Shown in pieces: positions 1-9,262 of a stretch of 64,000 nucleotides of DNA (position 1 is its first letter; each line of letters begins with the position of its first letter). Made by a program: the position numbers and the translations under genes. Location: assembly GCA_963665775.2 (NCBI GenBank), contig CAXXTF010000002.1:480001-544000 (forward strand), given 5' to 3'. The notes beneath the pieces are model-generated. The model saw only the letters and a program-made list of their open reading frames with translations, had not been told where the DNA came from and did no database searches. Origin of the DNA: Dehalococcoidia bacterium (lineage in GTDB: Bacteria; Chloroflexota; Dehalococcoidia; SM23-28-2; RBG-16-64-32).

Positions 1-1
1 C

Positions 2-427
2 GGTGTCGCCTATAGGGATTATTTTGCGAGCGATGAGCTGATCTTCCCCGCTCCATCTGGCGAGGGGCCACTGGAACTAAAGGCCTCAGTCTATGCCGTC
101 CGTGTAGACGATGAGCTCACCGCATACCCCATCGCCCTTCTACAGGAACGCGGACTCCTGCACGATACGATCGGCTCTCTGGAGGTCGTGGTTTTAGCCA
201 CGACGGATGGGAATGGCGGCCGGGCGTACGAAAGCGGCGGCTGGACATTCAGTGTCGTCGACTTGGAGGCCGGCACTCTCCAGAGCGAGGATGGCACACG
301 ATGGCAGGTAACGGAGAGCAGTTTGATCGCCGATGATGGGAGGACGATGGCGCGGCTCCCAGGACACAACAGCTTCTGGTTCGCCGTTACCAACCATACA
401 TCTGACAGCCGCCTATATACCGAATAA
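2..427 (+). CDS. DUF3179-domain protein, C-terminal part (5' end outside window)
   Basis: Frame is open from base 2 (GVAYRDYFASDELIFP...AYPIALL...HDTIG) to TAA at 425-427. It ends with the LPGHNSFWFA motif typical of DUF3179 and resembles the paralogue at 20186. Confidence 0.75.
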   Translation, partial: GVAYRDYFASDELIFPAPSGEGPLELKASVYAVRVDDELTAYPIALLQERGLLHDTIGSLEVVVLATTDGNGGRAYESGGWTFSVVDLEAGTLQSEDGTRWQVTESSLIADDGRTMARLPGHNSFWFAVTNHTSDSRLYTE

Positions 428-432
428 GCGCG

Positions 433-528
433 TATCTCCTTTTACAACACCTCGTCGGCAGGAAGCCGGATGGCGTAGCCCACAGTTCGCTCTTCCAGGT
501 AATCGTAGACTCCCGGCCTTAGCGCCAT
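433..528 (-). mobile_element. IS1380-family transposase remnant
   Basis: Minus strand reads MALRPGVYDYLEERTVGYAIRLPADEVL*KEI. This resembles the IS1380 segment (P-E-I-Y-E-Y-L-E...G-Y-A-I-R-L-P-A-N-E-V-L-Q-x-E-I) with one internal stop. Confidence 0.6.
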
Positions 529-665
529 CGTTTGCTATGTCTGCATCGTGACGCACCCTGACAGCAGTGCGGAATCAGGATTAACAACCCAACCAAAGAA
601 GACTAGGATTCCGCTATGTCGCCCCTGGCTAGATAAGGGACCCGCTGAGCGTCGCCAAGCACGAG

Positions 666-1166
666 TTGGGCCAGGTCATGGATCATAATTCTGACCCCAA
701 TAGCGACTTCCCTGCCGATAGCTTCTTCGACGTCTTATTTGTCATCGACATCGACGCGTTTGGGGGAACGTTCGAGCACGTCACCCAGGAGCCCCTCAGC
801 TTCCACGGCGAGATCAGCGGGATTCCACCTTTCGGTGCGGTACATTCTCCCTGGGACGGCGGCGAATATCAGGTGGCGGGCACGGGCACTGGGTCAGCTA
901 GCGCCGCTTTGCAGGACGAGGACTCAACCTGCGATCCCGGAGATCCAATCGCGATCCCCATCCTGGATGTCAGAGACCTTAGCGTTGTCGGCTATATCTG
1001 CGATGCGACACTCGTGATGCCGTCGGTGAACTCCATCAGTGTCCTCAAAGAAGCGGAAGGTGGCCAGCCGCTGTCCGGCTGGAAGATATCCCTCTTCGCA
1101 GGCGCGGGCTGCGATGCCGTTGGCCGCTGTCTTTGGGATAGCGCTCGTCGGTCTAGGTGGAGTTAG
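666..1166 (+). pseudogene. Fragment of a secreted beta-rich protein (FPADSFFDV motif plus start of a prealbumin/SpaA-like module)
   Basis: Contains FPADSFFDVLFVID and SISVLKEAEGGQPLSGWKISLF, but has no signal peptide and ends in an unrelated tail. Confidence 0.45.
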
Positions 1167-1305
1167 GGGTGGGAGCAGGTGGTTGCGGAGAGGTTTAGCA
1201 CCCAGAGTAATCCGTAACCGATCGTCGAGGCTCTGGTCGCTGAACGAACCGTCCACCAACTGCGGAATCAAGTTCCGTGATTGGAGAAGATCGGCGATTG
1301 ATATC

Positions 1306-2298
1306 TCACATGGGTTGCCCCTGAGCCTCTGCCGATGCATAGGCTCTGAGGACGAAGGCGAGATCGCCAGTGGCCTCCGCCGATGCGGTTTGAACTGGCA
1401 GTCCGCACGAGATCAAGTCCAGGAATGCATCGAGCATAGTCCCGAAGCCGCTCTCGTCGCCTTCCAGGCTTATCGTGCGTTCACCTCGAATGGATCGAAC
1501 GGTTAATTCACGTTCGTAGAAGTTGAAGTAAGTAGGCCCCTTTGTACCGATTGCCAGAAACGACTGGTGCCCCGGATCTCCCTGAACCGCCCAGGAATAG
1601 GTCAGTGTCCCGATAGTGCCGTTGGCGAACGACGCCCATAGGGAGATCGCCTCCTCCCCTTCCATCTCAGGGAATATTTTGGGCGCCATTACAGCGGATA
1701 TCCGCAGCGGGTCGCCACAGAGCATACGCATCACGCTGACCTCGTGAATTCCTCCGTCGATTAGGGCTCCCCCACCCATCATGTTTCGGCTAAGCCGCCA
1801 GCCCCTGGATCTCTGATATTTGGTGGCCTGGAGGTGCACGGATTGCAGTGACCCGATCGTCCCTTGAGATATGAGGTCTACGCATGCCCTCACGGCTGGC
1901 ATGTACCGAAAGTTCTCCGCCACCATCAAGTGGATGCCAGCCTTGAGGGCGGTGTCTGTCATCGCGTCCGCGTCTTCGATCGTGGTAGCGATGGGTTTCT
2001 CCATGAGGACATGCTTCTTGTGCGTGGCAGCAAGTTCCAGGTTCGGTCGATGGAGAGAATGGGGGGTGCAGAACAAAATAGCATCCACTCGGGGGTCCTT
2101 TGCGGCCGCCTCGTAGCTGCCGAATGCCCCCTCAGCACCGTATCGGTTAGCGTAACGTACAGCCTTGGCTTGGCTTCTGCTGGCAAAATAAAGTCTGATG
2201 CGCGCATCTCGCCTACGGGCCACCTCAGCGTGAGCCTTGGCAATACTGCCACAGCCAGCGATGCACAGACCAATTCTTGACTCAGCCGCGACCATCAA
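1306..2298 (-). CDS. Gfo/Idh/MocA family oxidoreductase
   Basis: Rossmann motif IAGCGSIA, TPHSLH, HVLMEKP, AENFRY, GGGALIDGGIH. Confidence 0.93.
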   Translation of the reverse strand: MMVAAESRIGLCIAGCGSIAKAHAEVARRRDARIRLYFASRSQAKAVRYANRYGAEGAFGSYEAAAKDPRVDAILFCTPHSLHRPNLELAATHKKHVLMEKPIATTIEDADAMTDTALKAGIHLMVAENFRYMPAVRACVDLISQGTIGSLQSVHLQATKYQRSRGWRLSRNMMGGGALIDGGIHEVSVMRMLCGDPLRISAVMAPKIFPEMEGEEAISLWASFANGTIGTLTYSWAVQGDPGHQSFLAIGTKGPTYFNFYERELTVRSIRGERTISLEGDESGFGTMLDAFLDLISCGLPVQTASAEATGDLAFVLRAYASAEAQGQPM

Positions 2299-2431
2299 GA
2301 GCGTTCGCCTTTGCCACCGGCAGCAACCGTCATAGCTTTCTCAAGAATTCCTCTATAGTCGATTTCGCAGCCGAATCGTCTTCGAGACGGACCGCGACGA
2401 AAATACTGCCTCATCGTCTCACGACTAGACC

Positions 2432-2565
2432 TTAGAGGTTGTTGAGGCAGGTGAACCTGTCGCCGTCGTTGTCGTCGCTGTTCGTCCCATCTGGTCAGAT
2501 GGTGTTTCGCCATGGACGCCGGCCAGGTTGGCGCCGCTCAGGTTGGCGTCGGTCAGGAATGCATC
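2432..2565 (-). pseudogene. Pentapeptide-repeat protein C-terminal remnant
   Basis: Reads DAFLTDANLSGANLAGV-(frameshift)-WRNTI*PDGTNSDDNDGDRFTCLNNL*. These are A(D/N)LxG pentapeptide repeats plus the W-x-N-T-x-C-P-D-G-T cap, with C replaced by a stop. Confidence 0.7.
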
Positions 2566-2571
2566 GCTTCT

Positions 2572-2646
2572 TGGTGCCGGGGGGCAGAATTGAACTGCCG
2601 ACACCGCGGTTTTCAGCCGCGTGCTCTACCACTGAGCTACCCCGGC
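2572..2646 (-). tRNA. tRNA-Phe (GAA), CCA encoded
   Basis: GCCGGGGTAGCTCAGTGGTAGAGCACGCGGCTGAAAACCGCGGTGTCGGCAGTTCAATTCTGCCCCCCGGCACCA folds as a cloverleaf with anticodon GAA. Confidence 0.97.
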
Positions 2647-2656
2647 ACCATCAGCC

Positions 2657-2686
2657 ATTCTAGGTATCGCCCCATCGGGCAGTCAA
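2657..2686 (-). promoter_or_regulatory. Sigma70-type promoter of tRNA-Phe
   Basis: TTGACT-N18-TAGAAT, 10 nt upstream of the mature tRNA 5' end. Confidence 0.6.
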
Positions 2687-2689
2687 GGA

Positions 2690-3577
2690 CTAGGCGGCGA
2701 TGCTGCGCTCCCGCAGGATGCGCTCGGTTACAGCGCCGATATCGGCGGGAGAGTTTACGATTTGGGCACCAGCATCCGCCAGGGCGTCCTTCTTCGCCTG
2801 GGCGGTGCCGGCCGCGCCAGCGATGATGGCGCCGGCGTGACCCATGCGGCGGCCCGCAGGCGCAGTAGCGCCGGCGATGAAGGCGATGACGGGCTTGGTC
2901 ATCTCAGTGCGCATGTAGTCGGCGGCCTGCTGTTCCGCCATGCCGCCGATCTCCCCGATGAAGACTACTGCCGCGGTATCGGGGTCCTCGTTGAACAGGC
3001 GGAGAATCTCGACGGGAGAGGTGCCGACGACCGGATCGCCGCCAGCGCCCACGCAGGTGCTCTGGCCGATGCCCCGCACGGTGAGCTGGGCGACGGCCTC
3101 GTACACCAGGGTGCCGGAGCGAGAGACGACGCCGACCTTCCCGGGCGAGAAGACATCGCCCGGCATGATGCCGACGCGGGCCTGGCTTGGGGTGATGACG
3201 CCGGGACAGTTGGGCCCTATGAGGGTGATGTCTGAGCCCTGGAGGAAGCGCCGGATCCGAATCATGTCCAGGGTGGGGACACCCTCGGTGATGCAGATGA
3301 TGACGGGAATCTCGGCATGGGCGGCCTCCAGGATGGCGTCGGCAGCGCCAGGCGCGGGGACGAAGATGAGGGAGCAGTTGGCGTCGGTCCGGCCGGCCGC
3401 CTCGGCCACGGTGTTGAAGACGGGGACGCCCACGGCGGTCTCGCCGCCACGACCGGGGGTGACGCCGGCGACGACGCTGGTGCCGTATTCGATGCAGCGT
3501 TGGGTCTGGAAGGAGCCCTCGCGACCGGTGACCCCCTGCACCAGGAGGCGAGTGTGCGAACCGACGAGGATGCTCAT
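2690..3577 (-). CDS. sucD: Succinate--CoA ligase alpha subunit
   Basis: MSILV...[31 protein letters not shown] (phospho-His). Confidence 0.97.
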   Translation of the reverse strand: MSILVGSHTRLLVQGVTGREGSFQTQRCIEYGTSVVAGVTPGRGGETAVGVPVFNTVAEAAGRTDANCSLIFVPAPGAADAILEAAHAEIPVIICITEGVPTLDMIRIRRFLQGSDITLIGPNCPGVITPSQARVGIMPGDVFSPGKVGVVSRSGTLVYEAVAQLTVRGIGQSTCVGAGGDPVVGTSPVEILRLFNEDPDTAAVVFIGEIGGMAEQQAADYMRTEMTKPVIAFIAGATAPAGRRMGHAGAIIAGAAGTAQAKKDALADAGAQIVNSPADIGAVTERILRERSIAA

Positions 3578-3620
3578 AGCGCTTTGGACCTCCGAAGCTG
3601 GCTTATGCGAGGAGTCGGGA

Positions 3621-4214
3621 CTAACCGCGGCCTATCATACGACGCCGCAGCAAGGTAGCGGAAGCGGCGAGCAGGACAGCGGCGCCAAGGCCGGACGCGA
3701 GGCCGATGACCAGCCACGGGGTGTCCGCGCCCGACTGGGATGGCCCGCCCTCGGGCGGAACGCCGGGCCCGGTGATCGCTTGCACCTCGTCAAGGCGCTC
3801 CTGGCCGTGCTCCGGGGTCGATCCGTCGAGCGAAACGTTGTCGGAGCAGATGGTGCTCTCGAAGGGGCTATCGCTGCCCGTGAGGAAGAGGAGGTACGTA
3901 TCGCCCAGGTCACCCTCGTCCAGGAAGCCGCAACTGGCGCCGGAGGGCGGATCGTCCACCACGATCTCGGCCGGGCCCGTGCCCTTCAAGTAGCTCGTGA
4001 CTGACACGCGGGCGTCGAGATCGTTGGGGCCGTCCCCTGTATCTTCGTCATCGATGAGCTGAATGACGGTGCCGATGGCGATGACGTCGGCGCCGTCAAC
4101 GTACCCCTGCGTGGTCAACGGAGCGCAAGAGCAGGCGTGGGCAGAGGGGACGCTCGCCGATAGGAACGCGGCGACCGCCACGAGAGTAGCGAGTGATGCC
4201 AGCAGGCGCGTCAT
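3621..4214 (-). CDS. Secreted TIMP-like (CxC N-terminus) protein with C-terminal membrane anchor
   Basis: Signal peptide ending AHA followed by CSC, then ADVIAIGTV...LKG...ASCG...YLLFL...IC, then a C-terminal TM helix and RRR. Start is ATG 4214 or GTG 4223. Confidence 0.75.
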   Translation of the reverse strand: MTRLLASLATLVAVAAFLSASVPSAHACSCAPLTTQGYVDGADVIAIGTVIQLIDDEDTGDGPNDLDARVSVTSYLKGTGPAEIVVDDPPSGASCGFLDEGDLGDTYLLFLTGSDSPFESTICSDNVSLDGSTPEHGQERLDEVQAITGPGVPPEGGPSQSGADTPWLVIGLASGLGAAVLLAASATLLRRRMIGRG

Positions 4215-4234
4215 GTATATCACCGTCCTAGGTT

Positions 4235-4262
4235 AAGACGGGTGAGCGGTGGAAAAAGTTCC
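4235..4262 (-). promoter_or_regulatory. ECF-sigma-type promoter
   Basis: GGAAC-N17-CGTCTT upstream of the TIMP-like gene. Confidence 0.6.
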
Positions 4263-4323
4263 CTCTAACCGCGGCCTACGATACGACGCCGCAGGAGGGT
4301 AGCGGAAGCGGCGAGAAGGGCGG

Positions 4324-5517
4324 TCAGCGGCCCGGCTCGCTGACGAGACGCTGAAACTCCGGCCCCAGCGCGGGGTCTGACCGGAGGTTCTCAAAGTCCT
4401 CTTCATCTCGGGCCATCTGCCGGCATTCTGGCTCCCGCGAGATTGCGTCCCTCAGCTGCTCTAGGGACTCCTCAAGCCGACCCATGAGAGATAGTGTGCG
4501 AGCCCGCTTATACACCTGCCTTGGGTCGTCAGGGAGGAGTTCCACGGCGCGGTTGTGGTCGGCCAGTGCTTCCCCGTAGCGCTTCAGGCGAGCGAGCGTG
4601 GTGCCGCGGTTACCGAGGGTAGTAGCATGATCGGGGCGGAGTTCGAGGGAGCGGTTGAATTCGGCCAGGGCCTCGTCGTAGCGCTGCCGGGAGTTGAGGG
4701 TGACGCCGCGGTTGTTGATGATGGTGGGGTCATCGGGCCAGAGTTCGAGGGCGCGGTTGTAGTCGGCCAGGGCCTCGTCGTAGCGCTGCAGGTGGCGCAG
4801 GGTGGCGCCGCGGTTGTTGAGGGTGCGGGGGTCGTCGGGGCTGAGTTCGAGGGCGCGGTTGTGGTCGGCCAGCGCCTCCTCGTAGCGCCTCAATTGTTGC
4901 AGGCTGTTACCGCGGTTGTTGAGGACGGTGGGGTCATCGGACCTGAGTTCGAGGGCGCGGTTGTGGTCGGCCAGGGCCTCATCGTGGCGCTTCAGGTCGT
5001 CCAGGGTGACGCCGCGGTTGTTGAGGGTGTAGGGGTGGTCGGGACGGAGTTCGAGGGAGCGGTTGTACTCCTGCAGCGCCTTCTCGTAGTCACCTACTGT
5101 GTAGAACGTGTTCCCCTGCAGAAAGTGGGCCTCGGCGGTCTCCGGGGGATCCAATCGGGCTACCACAGAGGCGGCGGCTCCCAGTACTTCGCGCTCAGCC
5201 TGTGGGAGACTCGCCTCCCCGGCAGTGATAGCTCCTTTCGGGGTCATCCTCTGAACAAGGGACTTGGATAAGAGTAGCTCACGGCGGGCACGATGGAATG
5301 AGCGGAGTTCATCCCGTACACGCTTGATCTCGGCCCCGATGCGCGCTTTCTCTTCATCGGACTCAGCGTCGTTCAGCTCATCCTGGAGCACTGAGAGCTC
5401 GTCACGGTAAGTCTTCTCGATCTCGGTGCGGTCCTCCTGGCCCCATCGCCTCCAGGCGGTGAGTATTGAGCCTGCCCCCTTGGCGGCGTCCTTAACGAAT
5501 GCCCAAACGTCCACCAC
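4324..5517 (-). CDS. Tetratricopeptide repeat protein with N-terminal helical domain
   Basis: About seven 34-aa TPRs (NNRG..L..L.RY.EALAD.NRALEL.PD) and a C-terminal ARDEEDFENLR cap. DNA period of 102 bp at 4639, 4741, 4843, 4945, 5047. Confidence 0.92.
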   Translation of the reverse strand: MVDVWAFVKDAAKGAGSILTAWRRWGQEDRTEIEKTYRDELSVLQDELNDAESDEEKARIGAEIKRVRDELRSFHRARRELLLSKSLVQRMTPKGAITAGEASLPQAEREVLGAAASVVARLDPPETAEAHFLQGNTFYTVGDYEKALQEYNRSLELRPDHPYTLNNRGVTLDDLKRHDEALADHNRALELRSDDPTVLNNRGNSLQQLRRYEEALADHNRALELSPDDPRTLNNRGATLRHLQRYDEALADYNRALELWPDDPTIINNRGVTLNSRQRYDEALAEFNRSLELRPDHATTLGNRGTTLARLKRYGEALADHNRAVELLPDDPRQVYKRARTLSLMGRLEESLEQLRDAISREPECRQMARDEEDFENLRSDPALGPEFQRLVSEPGR

Positions 5518-5523
5518 GTAATC

Positions 5524-6696
5524 TTACTTCCCTTCGCCTCGTGCCGCCTCCACGGCCTTCTGCGCGGCCTCTCCCAGGTCGGCGGCGCGGATGAGAGGCA
5601 GATCGGACGCGCCCAGGATCTGTTCGCCCTCCTCCAGGTTGGTGCCGGCCAGACGGACGACCACGGGGATGCGGATGGCCATCTGCTGGTAAGCGTCGAC
5701 GATGCCCTGGGCGATGATGTCGACGCGGGCCATGCCGCCGAAGATGTTGATCAGGATGGCGCGCACGTCCGGGTCTTCGGTGAGAATACGGAAGGAGTTG
5801 ACCACGCGGGAGACGTCGTTGACGGTGCCGATGTCCAGGAAGTTGGCGGGCTCGCCGCCGGCCAGCTTGATGGCGTCCATGGTGGACATGGCCAGTCCGG
5901 CGCCGTTAACGACGCAGCCGATGTCGCCGGTGAGCTTGACATAATTACTGACTCCGAGCGCCTGGGCCTGGGCCTCAAGCGGGTCCTCTTCGTCGGGGTC
6001 GCGCAGGGCGGCGACCTGTTCGTGCCGATAGAGGCTGTTGTCGTCGATGCTGAGCTTGGCATCCGCGGCCAGGAGCCGGCCGTCGGCGGTGACGACCAGC
6101 GGGTTGATCTCGGCCAGGGAGCAGTCGTTGTCCGTGAAGGCCCGGTAGAGGCCGGCGATGAGGGCGGCGGCCGGGCGCATGAGATCACCGCCAAGGCCGA
6201 TGGCCAGGGCTAGCTGGCGGCCCTGAAAGGGCTGGAAGCCGATCGTGGGGTCGACGGCGCTGCGGTGGATACGTTCGGGCGTGCTGCTCGCGACCTCCTC
6301 GATGTCGACGCCGCCGGCCTCGGAGGCGATGACGACAGGGAGGCCGATGGCGTTGTCGATGACGATACCCAGGTAGAGCTCGCGCTCCACCTGAAGCTGC
6401 TCCTCCACCAGGACGCTCTTGACGAGACGGCCCTCCGGCCCGGTTTGGTGGGTGACGAGCTGCATGCCGATGATCTGACGGGCGGCCTCGCGGGCGCCGT
6501 CGGCGTCGGCCGCCAGCTTGATGCCGCCGCCCTTGCCGCGGCCGCCGGCGTGGATTTGGGCCTTCACAGCCACCGGCGTTGCCAGCTCGCCGGCGATGGT
6601 GGCGGCCTCGGCGGGGTCGGTAGTGACGCGGCCACGAGGGACAGGGACACCGTAACGGGCGAGGAGCTCTTTGGCCTGGTATTCGTGAATTTTCAT
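5524..6696 (-). CDS. sucC: Succinate--CoA ligase beta subunit
   Basis: [43 protein letters not shown]. Confidence 0.97.
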   Translation of the reverse strand: MKIHEYQAKELLARYGVPVPRGRVTTDPAEAATIAGELATPVAVKAQIHAGGRGKGGGIKLAADADGAREAARQIIGMQLVTHQTGPEGRLVKSVLVEEQLQVERELYLGIVIDNAIGLPVVIASEAGGVDIEEVASSTPERIHRSAVDPTIGFQPFQGRQLALAIGLGGDLMRPAAALIAGLYRAFTDNDCSLAEINPLVVTADGRLLAADAKLSIDDNSLYRHEQVAALRDPDEEDPLEAQAQALGVSNYVKLTGDIGCVVNGAGLAMSTMDAIKLAGGEPANFLDIGTVNDVSRVVNSFRILTEDPDVRAILINIFGGMARVDIIAQGIVDAYQQMAIRIPVVVRLAGTNLEEGEQILGASDLPLIRAADLGEAAQKAVEAARGEGK

Positions 6697-6729
6697 GGCT
6701 ATGTGACGACCTCCGCTATGTCATTCGTG

Positions 6730-7227
6730 TCATTGGATGGTGTAGAACTCGGTCTGGGAGGGCTCCTGGCTGCTGCATAGGATGATAACGGGCTTTCCTT
6801 GGATGATGGCGATCATGCAGGTGATGTCTTGGCCGGTGAGGGGTGGGATGGGTGCGTAGGTTCCGCGGCCGGGGCAGCGGGCTAAGGCGGTTCTGGGGTC
6901 GAACTGGCAGTCCTCCCAGTTGACGGTCTGGCCCTCGTACTGAGTGAGATCGGCGGGGGCCACGGCTGAGATAGGGCTGGAGGCGGGGGTAAGGGACCCG
7001 GAGGTAGGCGAGGCTGTAGGCGTAGGGCTCACCGTGCCGGACGGCGTCGTCTGAGGGGAGACCGTCGGAGATGGCGTTGCCGTCGTGGGGGTCTCGCTGG
7101 GCTGCACGGTGGGGCTTTCCTCGCCGGTTGGGCTGACGCTCGCTGCCGGGCCTCCGCTGCCGTTGCAGGCTAGAGTGAGGAGGGCCAGGGAGAGCAGGGA
7201 AACGACGGCAAGGAGATGTCTGGACAT
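6730..7227 (-). CDS. Lipoprotein with Ser/Thr/Pro linker and four-Cys C-terminal domain
   Basis: Start reassigned to ATG 7227 (MSRHLL...LTLAC lipobox), followed by a PT-rich linker. Confidence 0.75.
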   Translation of the reverse strand: MSRHLLAVVSLLSLALLTLACNGSGGPAASVSPTGEESPTVQPSETPTTATPSPTVSPQTTPSGTVSPTPTASPTSGSLTPASSPISAVAPADLTQYEGQTVNWEDCQFDPRTALARCPGRGTYAPIPPLTGQDITCMIAIIQGKPVIILCSSQEPSQTEFYTIQ

Positions 7228-7732
7228 GAGACCGCGATCAGTGTAGCTGCGAGTGGTAAATCTGTCTAGGCTGGTAGCGGCGAGCTGGCAAAGGGGGTGG
7301 GATTCGCCCAGACGGGCGGGCGTCTGCCCGAATCCACGAGGGCCGCCGGGACCATAGCGGCTTTCTAGTTCGCTGCGCCCGGTCCGCCACTGTCTGTCAA
7401 AGCTCCTCACCGTATCTGAGGGCGACCCTTCGGGTCCGTCTCGATACACCCGAGGTTGCTGTCCACCTTGCTGTCAGGGCACTTTCCCTCACTGGGTCCG
7501 AAGTGTCCTCAGTTGCGCTCATGACCTGAGAGGGGTAGGAGGGCTTGCTACGAGATTGCCCAAAATTTTCGGGTATATGCTGGCGGGCGCTATCTTGCAC
7601 ACTGCGGCGGGTGTGTGCAGATTCAGGCTGCGCGCCGTTGATTTTGTGGAGGACACCCGCTACGGTTAAATCATCGCCCCTAACGAATGCGCGACGCAGC
7701 TGTCTGAGCACAGCAACGGAAAGGAGTTCAGT

Positions 7733-8368
7733 ATGGCGAGCCAACACGGAGATGAGACTAACAACCACCACGTCGTGGGAATCTCCGGTAGTCTCCGAAA
7801 GGCCTCCGCCAACAGTGGTCTCTTACGAGCCGCAGAACAAGTTGTTCCTCAGGGCATGGATATAGCCGTCTTTTATCCTCGCGACATTCCGTTTTACAAC
7901 GGGGATGTAGAGGCTAAAGGAGATCCCGGTCCTGTCATTGCCCTCAAGGAAGCCATCCGCGCCGCTGACGCGGTTCTATTCGCCACGCCCGAGTACAACT
8001 ATGGCACTTCAGGTGTGTTGAAGAACGTCGTTGACTGGGCCTCCCGTGACGGAACGGAAGGATCGCTGATGGGCAAGCCCGTTACTATCATAGGAGCCGG
8101 CGGTAGGGCCGGCACGGCTCGGGCTCAAATGCAGCTTCGGGAGACGCTCGCCGAGACTGGTGCGGTGGTCATGGTTAAGCCCGGGGTGCTGGTCACGGCG
8201 TATAGGCCTGCGAAGTTCGATTCAGAGGGTAATCTGATAGACGAGGAAACGAGGCAGATGCTTCAGCGCCATTTGGAAGAGTTCGCCAAATGGATAGATC
8301 GCTTGCGTGTTCGTCCGGAGCTCGTCCGGTTCTTCTGCGAAATGGACGTTCAGCCCACCCAGGCCTAG
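7733..8368 (+). CDS. NADPH-dependent FMN reductase
   Basis: GISGSLRKAS.N and TPEYNYG.SGVLKN..DWAS motifs; SD AAGGAG upstream. Confidence 0.93.
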   Translation: MASQHGDETNNHHVVGISGSLRKASANSGLLRAAEQVVPQGMDIAVFYPRDIPFYNGDVEAKGDPGPVIALKEAIRAADAVLFATPEYNYGTSGVLKNVVDWASRDGTEGSLMGKPVTIIGAGGRAGTARAQMQLRETLAETGAVVMVKPGVLVTAYRPAKFDSEGNLIDEETRQMLQRHLEEFAKWIDRLRVRPELVRFFCEMDVQPTQA

Positions 8369-8413
8369 TGCAGGCGCTTGGCGCCTGCCTTTCCTGCCAG
8401 CGGACTGGTGTGC

Positions 8414-8938
8414 TCAGGGAGTTAGCAACTCGCCTAAGAAAGTCTGGTGATACTGCTTCGCTAGTTCGCGGATCGCATCGAAGTCGCCCGTCTCACTCAT
8501 TATCTTCGCGAATCTCTTGAAGTATTCCTCAATCTGTAAGCCGGGATACAAGATAAACTGCACCCGGCCAATTGAAGAGCCAACGACCAGGAAACCGTGA
8601 GGTGTCCCCGGAGGCACCACGGCGATGGCGTTTGCTTCGGCCTCGAACGTCTCCTCGCCGATACGAACCTTGTGGGACCCTTCAAGGAATCGGAACATCT
8701 CCCACTGCTTATCGTGGATATGGGTGGGTGGGCCTAGCCCTGGCTCATTGACCTCCTCGAAGACAGCAAACTGACCGTCCGAGTCTTGGGACCGAATCTT
8801 GATCACTATCTCTGTGCCGGGTACTCCGATTCTTTCGCCTTCCGCCTCAGGCACGATGATGGCTCTTGTCACAGCCGGATCCCTTCTAGTAATCCGTGTA
8901 CTGGAGCGATTATCATTATCGTCTCGTTGGTGAAACAA
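8414..8938 (-). CDS. Cupin-domain protein
   Basis: GPPTHIH...E.F..LEG...VPPGTPHGF cupin motifs. True start may be downstream (VTRAII). Confidence 0.85.
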   Translation of the reverse strand: MFHQRDDNDNRSSTRITRRDPAVTRAIIVPEAEGERIGVPGTEIVIKIRSQDSDGQFAVFEEVNEPGLGPPTHIHDKQWEMFRFLEGSHKVRIGEETFEAEANAIAVVPPGTPHGFLVVGSSIGRVQFILYPGLQIEEYFKRFAKIMSETGDFDAIRELAKQYHQTFLGELLTP

Positions 8939-9088
8939 TCAAGGACTGTGGCCGTATACGGATCAAGCGCATCTAACCCACCAGGGCTGCATCTATTGCG
9001 GTAACCCTCGCTAGACAGGCCACGCTTCGCGGTCTGGTGACCACCTGAACGGAGAGAGCTGGGGATTCTACGGGGCGGAGCCCCCTGA

Positions 9089-9165
9089 TGGTCGGGGCGG
9101 CCGGATTCGAACCGGCGACCTCCTGAACCCCATTCAGGTGCGCTACCGGACTACGCTACGCCCCG
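9089..9165 (-). tRNA. tRNA-Pro (GGG), CCA encoded
   Basis: CGGGGCGTAGCGTAGTCCGGTAGCGCACCTGAATGGGGTTCAGGAGGTCGCCGGTTCGAATCCGGCCGCCCCGACCA. Promoter TTGCTA-N17-TAGCAT lies 8 nt upstream. Confidence 0.97.
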
Positions 9166-9262
9166 ACCACGCCATGCTAACATGACCACCCTACCCTAGC
9201 AAGGCAACCGCCAACCCTTTCAACCGGTGGGTCAGTTCAGGACGGACGAACAGAGTCAGGGG

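Larger units (their letters stand above)
3621..4315. repeat. 51-bp imperfect direct repeat (3621-3671 and 4265-4315)
   Basis: 47/51 identical. Both copies encode on the minus strand [11 protein letters not shown](MI/IV)GRG*. Confidence 0.9.

Noticed and set aside
2295-2513. 72-aa ORF overlapping the oxidoreductase start
   Set aside because: It is an off-frame reading of the pentapeptide-repeat remnant.
4530-5150. Regularly spaced repeats resembling a CRISPR array
   Set aside because: The 102-bp period is an in-frame TPR coding repeat; there are no unique spacers or cas genes.
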